Assembly: GCF_964204865.1 (NCBI RefSeq)
Contig: NC_135253.1
Span: forward strand, 5,394,001-5,458,000
From: Styela clava
Lineage: Eukaryota
DNA: 64,000 nucleotides
Direction: 5' to 3'
Both the position numbers and the translations under genes were made by a program. Numbering within the stretch: the first letter of the stretch is position 1; each line of letters starts with the position of its first letter. Shown one piece after another: positions 28,001-39,969 of this stretch. Below the pieces are notes generated by a model, which saw nothing but the letters and a program-made list of their open reading frames with translations, was not told the DNA's origin and ran no database searches.

Positions 28001-28779
28001 TAACAATTTTTAGCACAGGGCTTTAGTGTTGCGAGAGGAAAGGTCACACGAAAAGCACAGGGCAATGTGTATAAGAGCAGGAGTGAAGCCAGGAATAAGG
28101 AAAGCAACTTCAAGTCCAGGGTCAAAAGTAGCATCAGTAAATGCAACATATAACAGATGGAGAGTAAACAGTGCAGAGCTGACAACAAGAAAGGTTAGAA
28201 TAGGATTTCATATTATCCTGTAAGAGGGGAAATGATATCTTAGTCTGGGTTCAGATACATAGACATGTATGGTGAAGTCACAAGTGGCAGTCATAAAATA
28301 TGAACCACTCTGCAAATATGAATTCTATAGACTGTATGCAGAACAATCAATATTCCCGTAGTACAGGAACCAGGGATTAGGGTCAGGCCATAATTTTGTT
28401 CCGATTTTCCTCAAGCGTTCCGGTTGAATATTACGAATTTGGGGACTGTCTGTGTTAGCCAAGTAAATATACCCCCTGCCCATAGGTTTCATCAGTCCTT
28501 TTATACAACTTGATGTAAAGTGGGCAAACAAAATTAGTTGGCTCCATATCGGTACATACACTTCTGGAGCGCCCAACAAACCATGAAAATTGAGTAAACT
28601 GTAATAACCAATTTGGAAATTCAGCGGTGTGAAAGTACTTATTGGATAAGAAACCCAATAAGGTGAGCAATAACTTATGTGAAAGGCTCAAACATTTACT
28701 TTGTCTATTTTTTAATTTTTTACAGGACATGATATTAACAAAGTGGGAAGAGAGAGAAAAAAGAGAATCCCAGTTTTAA
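25024..28779 (+). CDS. Uncharacterised coiled-coil protein (9 core exons plus a possible cassette exon)
   Basis: Phase-consistent exons ~25024-25133, 25375-25474, 26119-26190, 26323-26446, 26642-26800, 27013-27128, 27416-27523, 27703-27829, optional 28014-28193, and 28726-28779. E/K/Q/L-rich heptads and a CSNC motif; family not recognised. Confidence 0.85.
25541..26030. mobile_element. Degenerate hAT/Charlie-like MITE
   Basis: Ends CAGCAGTTCCCAAA / TCTGGGAACCACAG; no TSD. Confidence 0.4.
28348..28574. mobile_element. MITE, 6-bp-TSD family B
   Basis: Colinear with 3107-3319; right TIR ACTTCTGGAGCGCCC; flanks AACAAT/AACAAA. Confidence 0.8.
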
Positions 28780-29549
28780 AGCATTGCTAAACTTGCATTA
28801 TTCATACATTATTATATTGACCGTGATCTGTCATTACCTATTTATGTTCAATTATTTTTCATATGTTATTTGTATATACCTTTTGACATATAACTTATTT
28901 ACACTGTGTGAAAGTGGAACATAAGTGCCAAATGAATACCTCCATAATAACATTTAGGTTCAATTTTAATAAATATTAAAACAATACAAAAAGTTTGAAC
29001 AACATATTAGAATGGCTAATTTGCACAAAAATACCACACACACAGAACACTGGCCAACTGGAAATGCACAATCTAATTTCATGACAACCGTTCCTACATC
29101 ACCGCTTAGACTTGCAATGTTGTGCAATAAGTTATGGGCGACTCTGTGGTTATCCAAATATTTTCTATAACTTACATCGCTGATGCGCTGTATTATCAAA
29201 GAAACAAATTTATTGTAAATAAATAATAGGCTGGTTAACAAAATGATATTCAAGATCCTACTTTTAATTACGCTTTATTAAACAGTGTAACTTGATTTCA
29301 TAGAAGCTTTACCTTTGTTGGCGAAAACCTGCCAAAAAGCCTTGCTTTCGATATCCAGAACTATAGATTCCTAAACTGTCTTTATACGCACAAACCAAAA
29401 TACATATATGAGAAATGCCGTTATGCAGTTTTATCAAACAACATGTGCAATCTCATATAACTCCTTGTTGAATAATTGCATGTGTCTTGCACCAAGAATA
29501 TTATCTGTTTGTAAAGTTACACAGCTTATCACATTATAGGCTGTTTTTA

Positions 29550-29975
29550 TCAATTAGGTTGTTGTTGCATTTTCTTCATTGTTTCATCTTCTACTTGTGA
29601 AGCTTCTGTTAATTTTTTGCCAATTGTTTCATGAATCTCAAAATATTTGGCGATGCAACGATCCAAGCAAACAGATTCCCCTTTTTGTAGTTCTGCTTCG
29701 TAGTAGCTGGTACTGATACATTTCTTCTGACATGCCGATGACATTCTGGTTAAAAAAAGTCATTATATTTTTAGTGAATTTAGTCCAAATGTCATCTATA
29801 AAAACACAAATAAATTCAAATATTGCATCGATTGCATAAAAGGCGTGACTAGGATTAGCTGCATACCGTGTTGAAGTATAGGTGTTAAATAATAAATATC
29901 TTACCTATTGTACATATCAGTCATCATTTCAACTTCAAGCTCAGCAGCCAATTGTTGTTCAGGAGCTACATTCAT
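29550..29975 (-). CDS. TIMM10: Mitochondrial intermembrane chaperone Tim10
   Basis: Exons 29905-29975 and 29550-29745 give [47 protein letters not shown] with the twin CX3C motif. A probable non-coding first exon ends at ~30966 (GTGAG donor). Confidence 0.97.
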
Positions 29976-30480
29976 TGTTTGTAAATATTGAAGAGCACAA
30001 ATACACTATTTAAAAAATGAATTAGACTAGAATGCAGAAAAAAAAGTTTGTTCTGTTGTTTGGAACACCTGTGACAATGTAAAATTTGAGCAGAAAACAG
30101 TAATAATTTGATTCAGCATTTTAACGGTATATAGGCATAGGAAGTTTTTTTTCAACGTCTCTTGGCCTAATAATATATGCATATCGCATATATTAACATA
30201 TACTGATATAGTAAAGTGAAAATCAGATTGCATTTACATTGAAAGACAAAGTTCTGGTAATAAATGATAGTATGTGACATACGGTATTCGAATAAAGCTC
30301 TTAGCCTCAATACCTATGCTCCTTTTTCAGAGATGGAAATGAAGCCCCAAACCCAGACATGAACGCCTCTAAAATATACTAGGCAACACCAACTGTACCT
30401 CGATATACTGCATAAGTTAACAGATAAAATAAAAACTCTATTACAGCTTTCATGCACTAAGCCCATCTGTGATTGAATTC

Positions 30481-30941
30481 TGGCGTCTGGTATAGTTCAG
30501 TACCACATGTACTTCTAGTTGACCTGGCTCAACAATTTTTGCATATGTCAATCCTAACCCCCACCTGACTACGTCACCGAAATATTACGTCATTTCGACG
30601 TCACAGTGGCGTAATAAGGCCCACCGAAGTATGCGGATGCTCGTCCAAAACGCACAGACCATCACCCGAAATCGAGCAAGCAATTTCTCTCATTTTCCCG
30701 TCACAACGGTCACTATAGGAGAGAGATCGCCGGCTTTAGCAAGTTCGTTATCGGCGGCGCAGATGTCATTTCGGGCGATCGTAATTATACTTTGGCAATC
30801 CCTATGACGTGAGGGTGACGTCGTAGTGACGTAATTTTTGGATGACATAGTCAGGTGGGGGTTAGGAATAGCATATGCAAAATTCGTTATGCTACGCCCA
30901 CCGGAAGTACTTGTGGTACAAAACTATACCGTACTAAACCC
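30481..30941. mobile_element. Long-TIR MITE (family C) with 6-bp TSD in the putative TIMM10 5'UTR intron
   Basis: About 110-bp imperfect inverted arms (GGTATAGTT..TCCTAACCCCCACCTGACTA..TTACGTCA); exact GAATTC at 30475-30480 and 30942-30947; related fragment at ~63620-63670. Confidence 0.85.
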
Positions 30942-32045
30942 GAATTCTGAGGGTTAATAACTCACCAAGGCCAGACGGCACCTGGGCAATACTGCCATAT
31001 GAATACCTATGGCGTCATGAGTATCTCTTGTATTTGGACGATCACAGTAGACCTATGAAAATTGGTCCTTGAGTAGGATAGTTGCAGCAAATCTAAATAT
31101 GGAGAAAATCACCGAAAACAGAAGTGTAACTGCGAAATGGACTATAGAAGCAACACACGTGCGAATCTGCGAGACTGAAATGGAATAATAAATTTCGCAA
31201 AATTACTATACAATTCCATAGATGCCAGATGGCAACGGGTATATCAATTTTGGGATAAACAATGATTTAAACCAAAAAACAATGATTAAATTCAAAAACA
31301 ATTTGAACAAATTTTTTAGAGAAACTTGAATATTTATACTATTTTGAATATAAATTGAACTATTTTCAAGTCAGTGCTTCCTACAATTGCCACGATTCAA
31401 TCTACAATCTGGCTGAATCTACTGAATTTGTACCAAAACTTGTTGCGCAATCGTTGTCGTGTGCGCCAGCGTAAACCAATAAATTATTATAAATAGCACA
31501 TGGCATCTCTGGGCTGGTGCACCCACGTCTCAGGAAAGCCTGATTTTTGTTTTACAGATTTAAACTTTTTGATGACTAGACTCGAAAATATTCGAAACAA
31601 TTCCGCGACATATACAAATTGCATTGCTAACCTGTACATTTGAAGTTTCTCGTCTAACGACGTGTTATTTTTGTTAAAATTTGTCGCCTAATTCGGGTCC
31701 TCTAAAGCGATAAAAGACAATATTGTAGGCGAAAACAGATAACTAAATTGCAGAGTAACCTAGATGGAGGACATAATTTAGAATTAAGTTAGGAAATTGG
31801 TGGATAGCGTACGATCTCAACTACCAACAAACCAAGCACACAAAATTTATACTCGATTCAAAATTGGGCATCTGAACATCCTGGTTCCAAACCGATTTTT
31901 GTTCAAAACATTCGCCTCCAGTCACTGGTCAGAAGACAGATTCAAGTAACTGCATTAACTTAACAAGATACGATATTAATTTCAAAACTCATTCTCTGTT
32001 AATCTAAATTTGATCATATTCAGAATTTAATTTCTACCATTTGTC

Positions 32046-32204
32046 ACATGTCAGAGTTGAAACTAAATTATTGTCCCTGGCTTTCCCGGAAAAAAATCTC
32101 ACTGGACTGTGAAAACCATTCGCATCAGAGACATCCACGACTTCACCGCCAACCACTGTTACTCATCAAGCCTAAAGTTCATCTGAAATCGTCATCAAAC
32201 ATGT
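32046..32204 (-). ncRNA. Candidate box C/D snoRNA
   Basis: Minus strand ACATG-T-TTGATGA ... CTGA-CATGT: C-like box, D box and 5-bp terminal stem, with an extra internal TGATGA and CTGA; lies ~95 nt upstream of a 3' splice site at 31950. Confidence 0.45.
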
Positions 32205-32467
32205 ATGTTATTATCCTTTTCAAACTGCATAGATGTAAGACACGCTAGTTTACAGACAGTGTACACACACAAGGCCTCTGCAATCCATATAGCTGCAGTC
32301 CAGTGTGGTTATAAGGCAGTAGAAAACACATGGATATAAAATACTGCATTTTATCAGGATTGCCTTCCCTCAAATTTAAATATGAAAATATGAGCAGCTC
32401 AGTGTATTTATCGATATAAAATGTGTGCATGATTGCCTTTTCCAAATTCAACATACAAAAATACGAA

Positions 32468-35400
32468 CTATGATAGTTTTATTCTTTTACATTCCGATTC
32501 ATCAGTATCACCATTTTTTGATTGTTCATATAAAAGAGAAAAAGGAATTTCAAAAGATAAACAAAGCATGTATTTTCCTGGTGCAACTTTTCTGACTTCC
32601 CGAATACTATGTTCAGGAAGATTTTCACTGAGGCTTTGTTCTGCTCTCTCTTTAATATCACCTAAAATAAATACATATTTAAGAATAGTAGTAGTGCAAA
32701 AGATTGTGTCAGAAAGTCTTAAATTTGACAAAAAGCCTTAATTATATAGGAATCATACCTTTTAAATCTTGAGCAGATGAAAAAGCATAACAATAAACAG
32801 TCACTGGAGGTAATGAACTTGATGTCTTGTTGTCTTCAGCTCGACTAAATGATAAAATATTATTGAATTAAATTAAACATTCCGATTGCTAAACCGTTCC
32901 TTATCAATGTTGCATACTTAATATTCTTGACCAATCCTGTGAATGCATCTAAAAATTCTATTGCCAGTGCCGGTAGATTCATTATAACACATATTGTCTC
33001 TGTTTTTGATGACAATCTATAAAAGTTAAAATGCAATTGATAAGATAGATGGGTTAATTCATTTTCAGTCACCATCCCTGGGGTATTGAATACTAGTGGT
33101 AAGATACCTAATACTTACTGCAAATGTTTTCCCAAGCATTCTTTGATAAACTTTCTGCCATCCATATTGAATGCATTCAATTTCGCTTTATTTAGTTTTG
33201 AATTGTGTAAAAGCCATTTGTATGATTCTTCATTTAAGTCATTTGCATATACTTCACAACCTGTTGCCATAATCAAATTCATTTTCATAAACTCATAAAA
33301 AAAAAAACTTGATTTCAGTAAAATGGAGGGGAAAACTGCTACAAAACCATTTAAATAGAGAATCTAACAAACTTGAAATGTTATTTGAGGAACATGTTCA
33401 CTCTCAGCATATAGGGTCGTAGCTTGAAACTTTTTCTTTATTCTGAAATGTATTACAGTGGTGGATGAATTTTAATAATTTTGCATATCCCATTTTTGAA
33501 GTACGAAAATTTAATAATGGAAAACAAGATCATTATAATTTATATTCATGCCATTTCCAAAACGACAGCATGATACAACTTACAAAAGTCAACAAAATAG
33601 CAAATACATAAAAATATTTTGTAAAAGTGATAACGAAAAATTGTCGAATTTAAACCCTTTGGGTAGTACTATCAGCGAGTTCTTTGATTGGTAGTTTACC
33701 TTAATACCTTTTTTGGCAAGTGGTATGGAGAAAGGTCCAACTCCTGCAAATACATCAAAGACAACAGATTCCTTTGGAATCAACTCCACTATTCTCTGAT
33801 GCTCAGTTTGCAACTTTGAATTCCAGAAAACCTGAATGAAAAAGGGCTCCAGAGTTTAGATACTCGTATGTGAATAGAAAACTACAGTACTAATAAATTC
33901 TGCATCATTACTAACAACAAACCTTTGAAAAATCGAATTCGAAAATATTGCCATATTCAATTATTTTGGTAACAAAATTTGCTTCACCGGCAATAACCTC
34001 CATTAGGAAATTTCTGTATGTATTGTCAATAGTTGAAGATTTATTCACGACAGTTGTGATTGCTTTGTGTTTGTCAAGAAGTACCTGAAAATAAGGTTTT
34101 GATAACAATCACATTTGCGAGTTAGAATGAGAATTATTCCTAATTATTAAACCCTTCTGAAATAATTTATCAAAGTACAGTCACAACTCACAATAATTCA
34201 CTCAATTGATCTAGGGCAGATGCAACATCTGTAGTTGCACATATATTCATGTTAAACTTGAATATTGTCGGAGGCATAATGTTACAAAGTGATTTAAAAA
34301 CCATTTTGAAAAATTCCAGAAAGAACCATAATCAACATTTATGAGCTTTGAATGGAGAGAAAAATATGAGTTTAAATATGGTAAAAGCAGTCAATTAATA
34401 ATCTTCATCAAACCATTTCAGAAAATTAAGCTGGTTAACATTTGCATGAGATTGTCAAAATAGTAACCGTTGCTCGATATATCAAACTAATAACAAACTT
34501 CAATCCAAGATATAACTAACCTGACCAATTAATTTCTTGTATGGCATTTGATGTTCTAATAAATTGACATGAATGATATGACCGACTCGTTCAAAACCCG
34601 ATGTTGAATCTAGTCCTTCAGGTAATACTGCACCAATAATTTCTTGGTGCTTGTATACATCATACCTGTAATATATTGAAAATATATTTACCAACAGGTA
34701 AACAAGGCATATGTTTCAATGATATGCATACAGTCAATTTTAAGTTCATTGCACAATAAAAGTCATTCCATATGGCTTTGTTTTGTGAGGTTCTTTCTAT
34801 TTTGGTACAATTTAAGTCTTTGCATCTGAGACAAGTTAACTATTTTCATACACAGCATGCACTGGCAACTGGGGTTCACTATGCAGCCGTGGTTGACTAT
34901 ATCATTAAGCCATCTTATTAGCTTCTCTCTAAATCAGGATAAAAAAGAAAATCCTACCTTACTTAATACAGTATCTATATTTATTTGAATTCAGAAAATG
35001 TCAGGAATCATTAATATTGAAATTGTGTGATATTCGAAATACAAAGAAGGTTCTTGATTTAATAAATGAGATCCGTTTACACAGAGATTTAAGACTTTTG
35101 AATATGATTTTAAATAAGATCAAATAACTTAATATTATTTATAGCAATTGATAACAAAATTAAATACCACACGCCAAAATAAATCAATGGTCTAGATGGT
35201 CTAGCACAGTATAACGCTTGAGTAAACTTATTGTTTATTAGATAAGAAGTTATAACAAAATATCATTGCTCAAAGATATAATAACCTTATTTCCAACTTG
35301 TTAGTGTAAAATCTTGATTCAATTTGTAAATCGTTTAAAAGTTGTTGTTTGAATTCTGGAAGAGATTTGAAATTGAAGTCTTGTTTCATTACAACAAATT

Positions 35401-35919
35401 TAGCATTTTTTTGAGCTTCACAATTTTCTGCAGACAATAAATTTGCTCCTCTCCTCTTAAGAATGTCTTCTTTAAATTTCTTCTGGAACTTATTGAGTGA
35501 AGAAAAAGGTACTAGTATCGTGTTGACATCTACTTCCTTTTTAAATGCGGACCTGTTATGGCGGAAAATTCATTAAAAATGTAAGGAGAGCTTCCAGAAT
35601 AAATAAATGAATTGCAAAAGGATAAAAATATACTTGGGGTTATTTAGTCCACAATCTCCATCATTCAAAGTAATAGCAAATGAACATGCCAGTTTAAGTA
35701 GTTCTGTTTTTTTACGAAACATTTGAAAACGCATTACAAGACATTCAATATCTCATACCTGTCTAATTCAACCATTCCTCTCACACCAGATGGTGGTGTG
35801 AATATATTCTGGTCACTTTGATTGAATGTTTCACCATTATTCATGATTAAAGAAAAGATTCGGAGACGCTTTTTCAAATAATATTTGAGAGAATCCAATC
35901 TTAATACTCTAAATGACAT
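32468..35919 (-). CDS. TRMT5: tRNA (guanine(37)-N1)-methyltransferase Trm5, 9 coding exons
   Basis: Motifs [105 protein letters not shown] and [15 protein letters not shown] across exons ~35759-35919, 35287-35551, 34521-34665, 33922-34084, 33700-33831, 33117-33260, 32899-33016, 32759-32823, 32468-32661. Confidence 0.96.
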
Positions 35920-36252
35920 CTGGAACTAGAGATAGAAAACAAAGTATCGAAAAGTAATCAAGTGATGTGCTGCAATGAATTAATTCAACCCTAATTAAAA
36001 ATAATGATGGATTTCTAGATAATGAGAAATTATCTGTATTGAAAATCAAGATTTTTGAATTTTTTTTTTTAAATTTAAATCATGATTTTGTTGAAAATAA
36101 AGTCAATTCAAAATTGTTGAAAATAATTGCATGACAAAAACCAGAAAATATATTACGCTGGTACATACATTTGTTTGCAATCTCACAAGCATAAGAAACA
36201 TACTAATTGGCAGTGTCTAAGATATATAAATTTTGTGGGCCTTAAACAATAT

Positions 36253-37257
36253 TCAAAACTGTGTACAACTTTTCGTGTCATAGAAATGAATAGCTTTATT
36301 TCCAGCTATTGCACATATAGGTAAAGTGCTGTGCCATGATGCACACATGCTTGTTTCATGAACTTTGTGAAGAATGGGTTGACGATGACCTAGATGGTAA
36401 ATTTTTACAGTGTTTTGAGGTTGACCAAGTGTAAGAAAAACATCTTCGTGGTGTTTAGACCAGAGTAATTTTCTGCAACCTCCAGAATTAGCTTGCTGTG
36501 AATCAAGTGGATATGAGGATTTTGTAATATCCCAAAGAAACCATTCCATTTCTGCACTAGCTCCAACTTTACTGTGATTCAACCAGCACCAGTCTGCAGA
36601 AGTTAAGCTGTGTTTTTTGCAGTCAATAGCGAGTATTGCCTGTTTCAAATGTACATTGTAAAATCTTATTCGACCTCCTAGTTCCGCCGCCATCAATTTG
36701 CCTGATTGGTCAGGGTGCCAACATACGCTCACACCGGGATACTGAAGTGGGAAAGACACAATAACATCACCACTATCGACATCCCAAACTTTGCAAGAGT
36801 AATCGTCACTCACAGAAGCTAGCTCCTGACCTTCTATTGGCTCAAATGAGATATGATTTACACAATCAGTATGGCCTTCAAGTGAATTTTCCACAGCTTC
36901 TTCCTTCAGATCTGCTGTATATACATTGATCACTCCAGTTTTAGTTCCAGTAGCAATCACAATTAGGTTTGGCAAATGTTTTATATTTGAAACAGGGGAC
37001 CAGGCAAGACAATTCAGATCGCATACTCTCAGCTTATGAAGTATAACATTATTATGAACAAGATTTTTGTATATTTGCTTTGCATAGCCACCATTAGCTT
37101 CTTTCTCTACAGAAAATTCACAGCTTTCAATTGTGAGACCATCTTTACTAGCAATTGCTATAAGGTTAGATGCACGTTCGAAAGGACAAAACTCCAAAGC
37201 ATTAATGAATGGTGGTGCTTCTACAGCTTGACTATGTACAGTGTGAGTGCTCATCAT
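36253..37257 (-). CDS. NUP37: Nucleoporin Nup37 (WD40), single-exon 334-aa ORF
   Basis: Intact ORF with LEGHTDCVNHISFEP, LASVSDDYSCKVWD, FPLQYPGVSVCWHP, KLMAAE..GRIRFY, LTSADWC, WFLWDITKSSYP and SWHSTLPICAIAG, characteristic of Nup37. Confidence 0.92.
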   Translation of the reverse strand: MMSTHTVHSQAVEAPPFINALEFCPFERASNLIAIASKDGLTIESCEFSVEKEANGGYAKQIYKNLVHNNVILHKLRVCDLNCLAWSPVSNIKHLPNLIVIATGTKTGVINVYTADLKEEAVENSLEGHTDCVNHISFEPIEGQELASVSDDYSCKVWDVDSGDVIVSFPLQYPGVSVCWHPDQSGKLMAAELGGRIRFYNVHLKQAILAIDCKKHSLTSADWCWLNHSKVGASAEMEWFLWDITKSSYPLDSQQANSGGCRKLLWSKHHEDVFLTLGQPQNTVKIYHLGHRQPILHKVHETSMCASWHSTLPICAIAGNKAIHFYDTKSCTQF

Positions 37258-38939
37258 ATTTCCACCACTTTAATCCAAACAATTATTAATTTTTTTTTTT
37301 ATGGTTCCAACAAAGTGAAATTTTCAATAATTAAATAATAAATAAGATAATAAAATTGAATCCATGTTCATCGAGTTGATTCCACAGTTTGATTTTAATT
37401 AGTTATTTTTTGATTGAAAAAAAAAGAGTTATGAAAAGTCATAAGTTATTGCATATCATGTCGAGTTCGTTTGTGTAAGAACATTGTTTTCTAAATTTTT
37501 CCATGTTTCTCCTTGCTAAAAGAGAGTTTCTTATCTTCACTATAACATTATTGACATTTCAGCATTTGGTACAATATTTTGAAAAATTACAGCATTGCGC
37601 TCCAACCATATTTCAGTATTTTATACCGTGCAGTACACAATAACAATACAATAGCATTACGTTCGAAAATTGATAAATGAGAATTAAAGTGATGATTTAA
37701 GTCTAATAAATTATTTATTATTAAAATTTGTTTGCGAAAAATTCCCAGTCAATTCCTAGCACTGTCAGACTGTAGCACTAATGCTCAGGTATAATTCCAG
37801 TCTTACTACTTACTGAATAAAGCGAGAAACAGCCCAGATGAGAGGAAAACAGCGCAGAAGAAAGGGAACATTTTTCTTTCATTATTTATTAGCGTCCTTG
37901 AAATTTTAAACAATTTGATGGGAACCCTAACACTAATTAGTATTGGTTTTACATGCGATACGTCTGCTATTAATGGGAATCAGCGGGAAACAAACGCCAT
38001 TCACCTTCAGTAAGTAGGCTAGCGCTGCGCTACACAGAAACAACAGTAACGAGAACATGTTCGTGTATTACGCTGGAAGGCTGAACGCAAAAGAGCGACT
38101 TATGGCTGACTTGTCGGGACGGCGGGACAAGACGCTAAAAAGCGGTACTGTTCCGCCCAAAGTGACTATAAACCAAGTGAGGACATGCATTGGTAACGTT
38201 ATAAGCGCTCGTGTGACGTCACACCAGCCATTTTGTGTCCAGAGTTCTATCGCTGTATGATCCTAACCAGGGAGATGAAACTAGTCTGGAAAGCCACGCC
38301 CACAATAATAAAACAAACAAAGTTATGCGCGTTAGGAGTTTCTGCAGCTTCACGCTCCATTGCGGTCACTTGATTTGCTCGGGGATTATTGAAGAGGGTG
38401 GTATGTGCACAAAATATCTCGCTGTCGCCTATATTCTTAGCTCAGCAGCCTATAGTATTTCATTAAGTTGGTTCAATACTTTAATTAAATGCCGGTTGTC
38501 CATCTTAAGCTCGGTCTCTTTAGTTTATTTCAAGATAGATTAGATTCGGCTTCAACTAGTATTTCCCCCTCAAGACAACGCAGGTACGGTATGGTAACTT
38601 GGCGTTCTATGAACCACCCCAGTACTGCAATATTCTACCCGATTATTGTAACCTAGGGCCTAGGCTACTTTATTTCTTATGTTCTGTGAGTCCGGTACTG
38701 GGTTACGATCTTTATAGTTACACACCCTCCATTCTAGAAGATATAATTCTACTATTATTACTTACGACTAACATACCAGCACTATAGTCTGAGAGTATTC
38801 ACAGATTTACCAAACACCAATTTCTTTTTCCAAAGTCAAACCGTTTTATTTTTTCTTTACGTTTTTGTATTACTTTTTTAGAATTGCATAATTTGTATTA
38901 TAGTGCTATAGGCTATTTATTCACAATCACTCATCAACA

Positions 38940-39790
38940 AGAGTAATTGATGTTGCATTCCACAATGCGATAGTGTCAGTGGATCTTGCACCCTGTTTTT
39001 GCCATCATCCAAGCGGGTTTGTTCCGGTGAAAAATTTATATGGGCAGCAGTGTTCCCTCTAAGGTGAGCGCGTGTGCACTGCAAGTTTATGCACATGATT
39101 TGATTGCGTAATTTTCAAAGTCCTTGACGTTATCCGCTCAGACCATCTCGCTAGCATTTTCTGGGAAAGTGTTGGAGAAGTGGGATTGGGGCTTATTACA
39201 GATGGACTTAGTGCAAACCGTAAAATGTTCCATGAGTTAAATAATTTGAGGTTAACTTTCCCATATACATGTATCAATGGTTCTGATCATTTCATTTACT
39301 CAAAACAGTAAGCAATAATGTGTTTGCGAGTCACGCTGGTGGAATTCGCCTATTGAAAAAAGATGACCATTTTCGTGCAGTACCATCTTTTTCATCCAAA
39401 GAGTTCCACTCCTGCAAATTGACGGAATCCCACTTGTGCTTACAAAGCTACCCAAAAGTGTGTGTCAAATATGCAGCCCAGGTGCTATCTAAGACTGCTG
39501 CAAGATTGATGCAGCAGAGAGGTGGGCCAGAACTCTTGGTCAGCATGGTTTGATATTATGAATACTTGGCCAAATTTTGGATATAAAAAAGGGTGCTCCC
39601 GTAATATGTGTACCAAGTTGGGGTTATCAGGTTGTGCGCTATCTTGGTACACATACTACGGGAGCGCCTAAAAAATGCTCCGACCATTCCATAGCATTGA
39701 TGAGTGACTGATTTAGCTTGAAAATAATTTTCATTCCAGGAATACGCAACTGGAAATCATCTGTCGCAGAGACAAAAGAGTTCTAGATAT
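38940..39790 (+). pseudogene. Decayed P-element/THAP9-type transposase
   Basis: Ordered motifs LASIFWESVG..ITDGLSANRKMF, HLLKTVSNN, KLTESHLCLQSYPKVCVKYAAQVLSKT and WFDIMNT; broken by frameshifts, deletions and a MITE insertion. Confidence 0.85.
39591..39669. mobile_element. Short family B MITE nested in the P-like element
   Basis: TIRs GGTGCTCCCGTAATATGTGTACCAAG / CTTGGTACACATACTACGGGAGCGCC; AAAAAA on both flanks. Confidence 0.85.
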
Positions 39791-39969
39791 TCCGTATTTT
39801 TATTATGCAACTTACATTGCCTATTGCCATGAAAATATACTATATTGCAATGAAAATTTTGTTATGAAAAATAGATTGTTTGTTTAATTACTGCTAAAGT
39901 AATAAAACTGGAATGACATCTAAACGCACTACCTTGCAAAATAAAGTGAAAAGAGATCATGCTCTTCAT

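Noticed and set aside
37430-37545. Short minus-strand open frame upstream of NUP37 (..RRNMEKFRKQCSYTNELDMICNNL*) as the last exon of another gene
   Set aside because: No upstream exons could be linked and no family was recognised.
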